From Ctenodactylus gundi (taxonomy: Eukaryota), in assembly GCA_048771875.1 (NCBI GenBank), contig CM109709.1, forward strand, positions 44,260,541 to 44,324,540: DNA of 64,000 nucleotides. Direction: 5' to 3'. Each line of letters begins with the position of its first letter. Within the stretch, counting starts at the first letter, position 1. The notes beneath the pieces were generated by a model that was not told the origin of the DNA, did no database searches, and worked only from the letters and a program-made list of their open reading frames with translations. This document shows, piece after piece, positions 58,901 to 64,000 of this stretch. Position numbers and translations under genes: made by a program.

Positions 58901-59686
58901 AAGGAAAGAAAGAAAGAAAAGAAAAAAAGAAAAAAAAACATTGCTAAGAGATCTAAGCACTGTGGGGATGGAAGAGCACAAAGAAACAACTGCTAGGACA
59001 GGAATGGGCCGCACAATTCCTCCACACTTAGCAAGCTCATGAGTGGTCTTTTTGTTCCCCTGCATTTCCACTTTCATTGAACCCAAGCCAAACACATGCT
59101 AAGTAAAAACTCTACCACTGAATTACATCCCCAGCCTTTTCCATTTTATTTTGAGAGCTTGCTGCCTTGGCATAGCTGAGAGTACAAGCAGTTGAATCAC
59201 AAACTGCTTGTATTTTTCTCCTTGATTCATGAATTAGAGCCACTTTTCCAACTGTCCTTTAATGGCCCCTAAGCTTTAGATACTGAATTTTATTTATTTG
59301 AGACAGGATCTCGCTCTGTAGTCTAAGCTGTTCTTGAACTCACTACATAGCCCAGGTTGGCCTCAAATTCATGGCAATCCTCCTGCCTCACCTTCCCAAG
59401 TGCTGGGATTTAAGGCTTGTGCCACCACATCAAGTTTATGAGGTGCTGGGGAATGGAACTTTAGGACACGTGCGTGCTTGCTATGCAAGTGCTCTAATAG
59501 CTGTGATGTTCCTCCAGTCGCTATTTATTTATTTGTGCCAAGGATTGAACCCATGCATGCTAAACAGATGCTCTACCACAGAGCTACATCTCTGTGCTTC
59601 ACTGGAGATTCTTCACTCTCATCCCAACCAGGCGCACTTCCCCATCAAGAGTCCCTAAGCTTGGTGGAGTTGCTCCTGGTCACTTC

Positions 59687-59692
59687 TTTATT
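59687..59692 (-). promoter_or_regulatory. Klhl33: Klhl33 polyadenylation signal (AATAAA on minus strand)
   Basis: Plus-strand tttatt ~200 nt downstream of the Klhl33 stop. Confidence 0.5.
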
Positions 59693-59890
59693 GAAGTGTT
59701 GAGCTGCTTGCCCATCTTCAAAGCCCTTTCCCTGGCTCTAGAACCAGTTTTCTTCAGTAGAGATCATATATACAAAAACAATTAATGGGTTGTAAAGTTC
59801 TGTATGAAAATAAAATGCTAAAATGAACGAAACCTTCTTTTTCTCCTCTCAGTGTCTCTGTCCTTGTGTCACGATATACTTTCAACCCCT

Positions 59891-60443
59891 TCACCCAGCA
59901 GGCTTGGTCTGATGGAGGGTGGGAACCAAAGTTACGTCCTGCACAGTGGGCAGTGTGAGGAGGCAGGCAGGCATCTCAGCCCGAGGCCTTGGCAGAGTCC
60001 CCAGGCACAACCATCGGCCCAGGCCAGGACAGTAGGCGTGGACAAGGTGGGAGAGGGCGTAGGTGCGGTGGCTGTAGCCCCCCATCACCAGTAGCTCCCC
60101 CTGCAACACGGCACCTGCAGCCCCTGTGTGGGGGGAGGGCAAGGGTGCCAGGCGAGTCCAGCTATCAGTCCTTGGCTCGTAGGCCTCAAAGCTCAGCAAG
60201 TCCCCCGACTCACCTATCCCACCTGCCACATACAACCGCCCACCCAGAGCAGCCATGACATGGCCTGCCCGAGGCACCCCCATTGGACTCAAAAATGTTC
60301 CCGGTTTCTTAAGTTTGGGGTCATAGTGTAGCAGTGAGGCCAGGTACTGGGCAGTCCCACTATAGCCACCGCTCACGTAGACTTGGCCCTCCAAGATGGC
60401 GGCTGCGTGGGCAAAGCACGGTGTGGGAAGTGCAGGTGCTGGC
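59891..60443 (-). CDS. Klhl33: KLHL33 terminal coding exon (kelch repeats; stop TGA at 59891-59893)
   Basis: Encodes (R)PAPALPTPCFAHAAAILEGQVYVSGGYSGTAQYLASLLHYDPKLKKPGTFLSPMGVPRAGHVMAALGGRLYVAGG...LHQTKPAG*. Acceptor ctgccgtag|G. Boundaries from ORF 59891..60394. Confidence 0.82.
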
Positions 60444-60538
60444 CTACGGCAGAAAGGGATGAAGATCAGGCCAGTGGCATCTGCAATGCTCCCTCTATTC
60501 CAAGCTTAGTTTTCCCTTGATCCCCCTCACCTGCTCAC

Positions 60539-60706
60539 CTCCACACATTGAACTCGGGGTTGTAGGTCTCCACAGAATTAAGGGCCAGACCATTGCATCG
60601 TCCGCCCAGGGCATAAAGCTGTCCATCCAACACAACTAGGGGGAACAAGCACCGTGCCTGGCACAGAGGTTCCACCTCCTCCCAGTCCTCTTGACTGGGG
60701 TCCCAC
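60539..60706 (-). CDS. Klhl33: KLHL33 exon (kelch repeat)
   Basis: Encodes (R)WDPSQEDWEEVEPLCQARCLFPLVVLDGQLYALGGRCNGLALNSVETYNPEFNVW. Acceptor tgtccag|G, donor GGAG|gtgagc. Confidence 0.8.
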
Positions 60707-60831
60707 CTGGACACAGTGGGGCAAGAGACGGGAAGAGTGACTCTGGGTGCTCGGAAGTGGCGGGGTCAGCCATTTCTTTCACCTGCCCACCTTGGAGGCT
60801 GCCCGCCCTGCCCGTTCTGGGATGCCCCTAC

Positions 60832-61850
60832 CTGAGAGTTGAAGCCAGGGTGTTGGAGTGACTGTAGAAATCCTGTCCCCCGCACACATAGAGCTCGCTT
60901 CCTGCCAGGCTTGCAGCCCCGTGCCGGAAGCGCCCAGGAGCAGGCAGAGGGGGCAGCTGCCCCCACTCCACAGTCCGTACCAGTCCCATGCCACAGTGGA
61001 AGGCCCGGGCCCACCACACTTTTCGTGATGGCTGTCTCCGGGCCATGTCAGGTCTGAGTCCATCCCCGCCGATCACCACCACTGCCTGGTCGGGCTTCCT
61101 CCACCTTTCTTGGCCTGGAACCTCAGCCTCCACCATCAGCTGGTGTAGCAGGTCTGGGGGCAGGGAGGAGGGTAGCCCGGCTGCCCGCACCTTCCTTAGC
61201 TCCCTAGTAGACATGCGGCCAAAGCGGACACATCGCAGCAGTGCCCTGGCCTCTGCCTCCTGCGTCTCAGGGTTGGCAGCTAGCCAACACCGTGCAGCCA
61301 CAAAGGCCTCGAACTCCTCCTGCACGTGGAGCTCATCACTGTCCAGGAGCTCAGCCAGGCAGGCAGCTGGTAAGGACGGGAAAGCGGGGCACAAAGCCAC
61401 AGCAGGCAGGTGGGTGAGGAGATAGTGACGGGCTTTGCTCCAGAGCCTCTCCAACCCAGGGGCTTCAGCCATGGGGAAGAGAGCCAGGCAACGGGCAGGG
61501 CTGAGGCCTCGTGCCAAGGCTCTCTGACACAAATCCAGGCAGGAAGAGCTTTGGTACTGCAGAGCAGCCTGGGCAGCTCTCAGCAGTCCTGACCACCTTG
61601 CCCGCACAACCCCAGAGTAGGCAAAGGAGACGAGGAGTTGCAGATCCTGGGAAGACAGGGTGCGCAGAGATACCTGGGTGCCTTGGGACTCCCTCATCCC
61701 ACTCAGAAGCATGGCACCAAAGAACTCACTGCCACAGGCCAGGGCTGCTCGGTGCACTGCAAGAGAAGAAGCAGAGGATGACCCGGAGGTGTCGAGAGCA
61801 TGGCAGGTCTGACTTGGCAGTCCCAACTGTGGGCAAGCACCCAAGGTCAT
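60832..61850 (-). CDS. Klhl33: KLHL33 coding exon (BTB/BACK and first kelch); ATG at 61850 is the first in-frame ATG after a TAG
   Basis: ORF 60828..61850 encodes MTLGACPQ...AVHRAALACGSEFFGAMLLSGMRESQGTQVSLRTLSSQDLQLLVSFAYSGVV...GGQDFYSHSNTLASTL(R), then donor AG|gtaggg. Matches the KLHL33 BTB, BACK and kelch layout. An upstream coding exon outside the window cannot be excluded. Confidence 0.78.
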
Positions 61851-63054
61851 AGGCTAAACCACACTGCACACTGGAAACCCATTGGGGAGCCTGTAAAATG
61901 CAATCTTCAGGGGCCTATTCCCCTACCCCCATCAGAGGACTCTGGGTCAGCTTCAGATCTGGACAGAGACCCTAGAAACTAAATGTAATCATTTTCAAGC
62001 ACCCACAATGATTTAGACATTAGCAGCTTGAAAATACTTCAGTTTTTTGAGCTCAGGTCGGTCAGAACAAGTCTTGATGGATCAAATTGAGAAGCAGCTA
62101 TTGACAGTATTTACTAAAAGGGGGCACAAAACAAACTGGAAAGACCAGTATGCAAGCTATATAAGCCTCTATGTTATGCACAGAATAGAACTCTTTCCTT
62201 TACAATGGCAAGAGTCCCTGCCATTGGCCATTCTGTTAGATTTTGCTGGAAAAAAACCAAAAACACTAAAGAAAGTCTGTAACCAAGCTAGGAATGGTGG
62301 TGCAGGCCTGTAATCCCAGCTACTTGGGAGACTGAGGCAGAAGGATCACAAGTTTGAGGCTAGCCTGGGCAATTTAAAGAGCACCTGCCTAGAAAAAATG
62401 AATGAATGAATGGCTGGGGATACAGTTTAGTGCTTCTGAATTCAATCCCTAGTACTACCCAACCTCAAACAAACAAGTAAGAAGTGCCCAGGATGTTGTA
62501 TATGCAAGGCCCTGGGTGTAGGAGGTAGGGAGAAAAAGAAGGTGGGGGAGGGGAATAAAAAGGACAGCTAAAACACAATCTCATCCCCAGATCCAGTTTT
62601 TATTTTTGATTTTCAAGCAGGATCTCACTAAGTCACCTAGGTTGCCCAGGCTGGGCTTGAACTTAAGATCCTCCTGCCTCAGCCTCCCAGAGTGCTGGAT
62701 TACAAGGCCTACACCACCAGGTCTGGTTTGCTATCATCACTTGCCTAAGATTTAGTGCTTAAGATTTTCCGCCTCAGTATAGTTTCTGAAATCATAAGAT
62801 TTGAAACTTAATAATCATCAAATTCAATTATAAGTCTTAAGGAAACTAAGGCCTGGAGAAAGGATGCTATGTATTTTCTATTTCTATGCAGTGGGCATCT
62901 AGGCAGATCATTTCCCCCTGCTATCATTGCTATCACTCCTGTCAAGTGGCTGTGAACACACCGCCTCTATACCACAATACCCCTGGTTATCTGTAGGACC
63001 CTCAGGGCAGTGAAACTGCTCTATGATCAAAACTGCTGACCTCATATGTTTCTT

Positions 63055-63655
63055 TCTTTCTTTTTGAGACAGAGTTTCACTCTATAGACCAGGCTGGTCC
63101 TGAACTCAGATGAAACCCAGGCTGACCTTGGAATCATGGCAATCCTCCTGCCTCAGCCTCCTGAGGGCTGGGATTACAGGTGTGCACTACCATGGCAAGC
63201 TTATGTGGTGCTGGAGAATCGAACTCGGGTACTTAGGCTTGACATAGTGCTTGCTAGGCAAGTGCTTTAACTACTGAGCCATTCCTCCAGCCCCTCATAT
63301 GTTTCTTAAAGTACCTAAATATGAGGTGCTCAGAATCCTCCATGGAGCATCTGGGCTGACACACTCTAATTAACCTAATCTTACTGATCTAAAGACAAAT
63401 TTATAGAAAATTGAGAAACTGGAGCTGGAGGACTAGCTCAGTGGTTAAAACACTTGCCTAGCAAGTGCTGAGTACCTGAGTTCGATTCCCCAGCACTGCA
63501 AAAACTGGGTGTGGGGGTGCATGCCTGTAATCCTAGCATTCAGGAGGCTAAGGCAGGAGGATTATTGTGAGTTTGAGGCCAGTCTGGGCTACACAGTGAG
63601 CTCAGGACCAGCCTGGACTACAGAGTGAAACCCTGTCTCAAAAACAAATACAAAA
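63055..63655. repeat. Pair of composite SINEs in opposite orientation (63055-63300 minus, 63420-63655 plus)
   Basis: Inverted pair of the same family. In principle such pairs can form hairpin dsRNA if transcribed. Confidence 0.7.
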
Positions 63656-64000
63656 GAAAATTGAGAAACTAAAAGAATGATTAAAACCATAGAGAAAAAT
63701 AACACAAATCCATTGAGGGCAGCATTTTCTCTTTAGTACTAGGGATTAAACCCAGAATCTTTGTACTGAGCTACATCCCCAATGTATTCTTGCTTAGTCA
63801 CTGAATTACCTCATCCAGTCTGGCCTTGAACCTGTGAGCCTCCTGCCTCAGCCTCCCAGAGGGCTAAGATTACAAACACAGGTCTCTCATCCCAGCTCTC
63901 TGGGAGGCTGAGGCAGAAGGATACCAAATTTGAGACCAGGCTGGGCAACTTAGCAAGACTGCCTCCAAGTAAAAGTTAAAACAAAGGCTGGGGATATAAC

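Noticed and set aside
1-64000. Numerous tRNA-like segments, e.g. 8880-8960, 10920-11000, 36905-36990 and 56160-56240 (ggctggggatatagctcagtggtagag...gggttcgatccccagcacc)
   Set aside because: These are heads of ID, B2 and composite SINEs: imperfect cloverleaves, always flanked by B1-like bodies or A tails, and present in dozens of copies. None is called as a tRNA gene.

Overview
This is mammalian (rodent-like) genomic DNA, syntenic with human 14q11.2. It is rich in 7SL-derived B1-like SINEs, tRNA-derived ID-like SINEs and ID+B1 composite SINEs. It holds three protein-coding genes, no rRNA, no CRISPR and no genuine tRNA gene (tRNA-like stretches are SINE heads).

1. **Parp2, + strand.** The 3' twelve coding exons lie at 1989-7747: WGR domain through the PARP catalytic domain, ending ...KVQFNFLQLW*. 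The AATAAA is at 8064-8069.
2. **Tep1, - strand.** The complete coding region has 54 coding exons from the ATG at 50966 to the stop at 13036-13038, about 2649 codons. It reads through N-terminal 30-aa repeats, TROVE, NACHT and WD40 regions. The 5' CpG-island promoter is at ~53.9-54.6 kb. The minus-strand AATAAA is at 12938-12943.
3. **Klhl33, - strand.** Three coding exons lie at 59891-61850 (BTB/BACK and kelch repeats). The minus-strand AATAAA is at 59687-59692.

Parp2 and Tep1 converge across ~4.8 kb of almost pure SINE sequence. A 5' L1 fragment (5'UTR monomers plus a disrupted ORF1) sits antisense in a Tep1 intron.

Exon boundaries come from peptide homology to PARP2, TEP1 and KLHL33, GT/AG splice sites, and codon arithmetic on the supplied ORF track; expect +/-2 nt. 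Summed Tep1 coding exons are 7950 nt, divisible by 3 and phase-consistent throughout.

Nothing here looks like an undescribed system. Noteworthy features:
- Tep1 has a stop-free, in-frame 135-nt intron.
- Tep1 has several ultra-short introns.
- (GU)n and (UC)n microsatellites abut two Tep1 splice sites.
- The Tep1 N-terminal coding exon carries a recent 180-bp tandem duplication.
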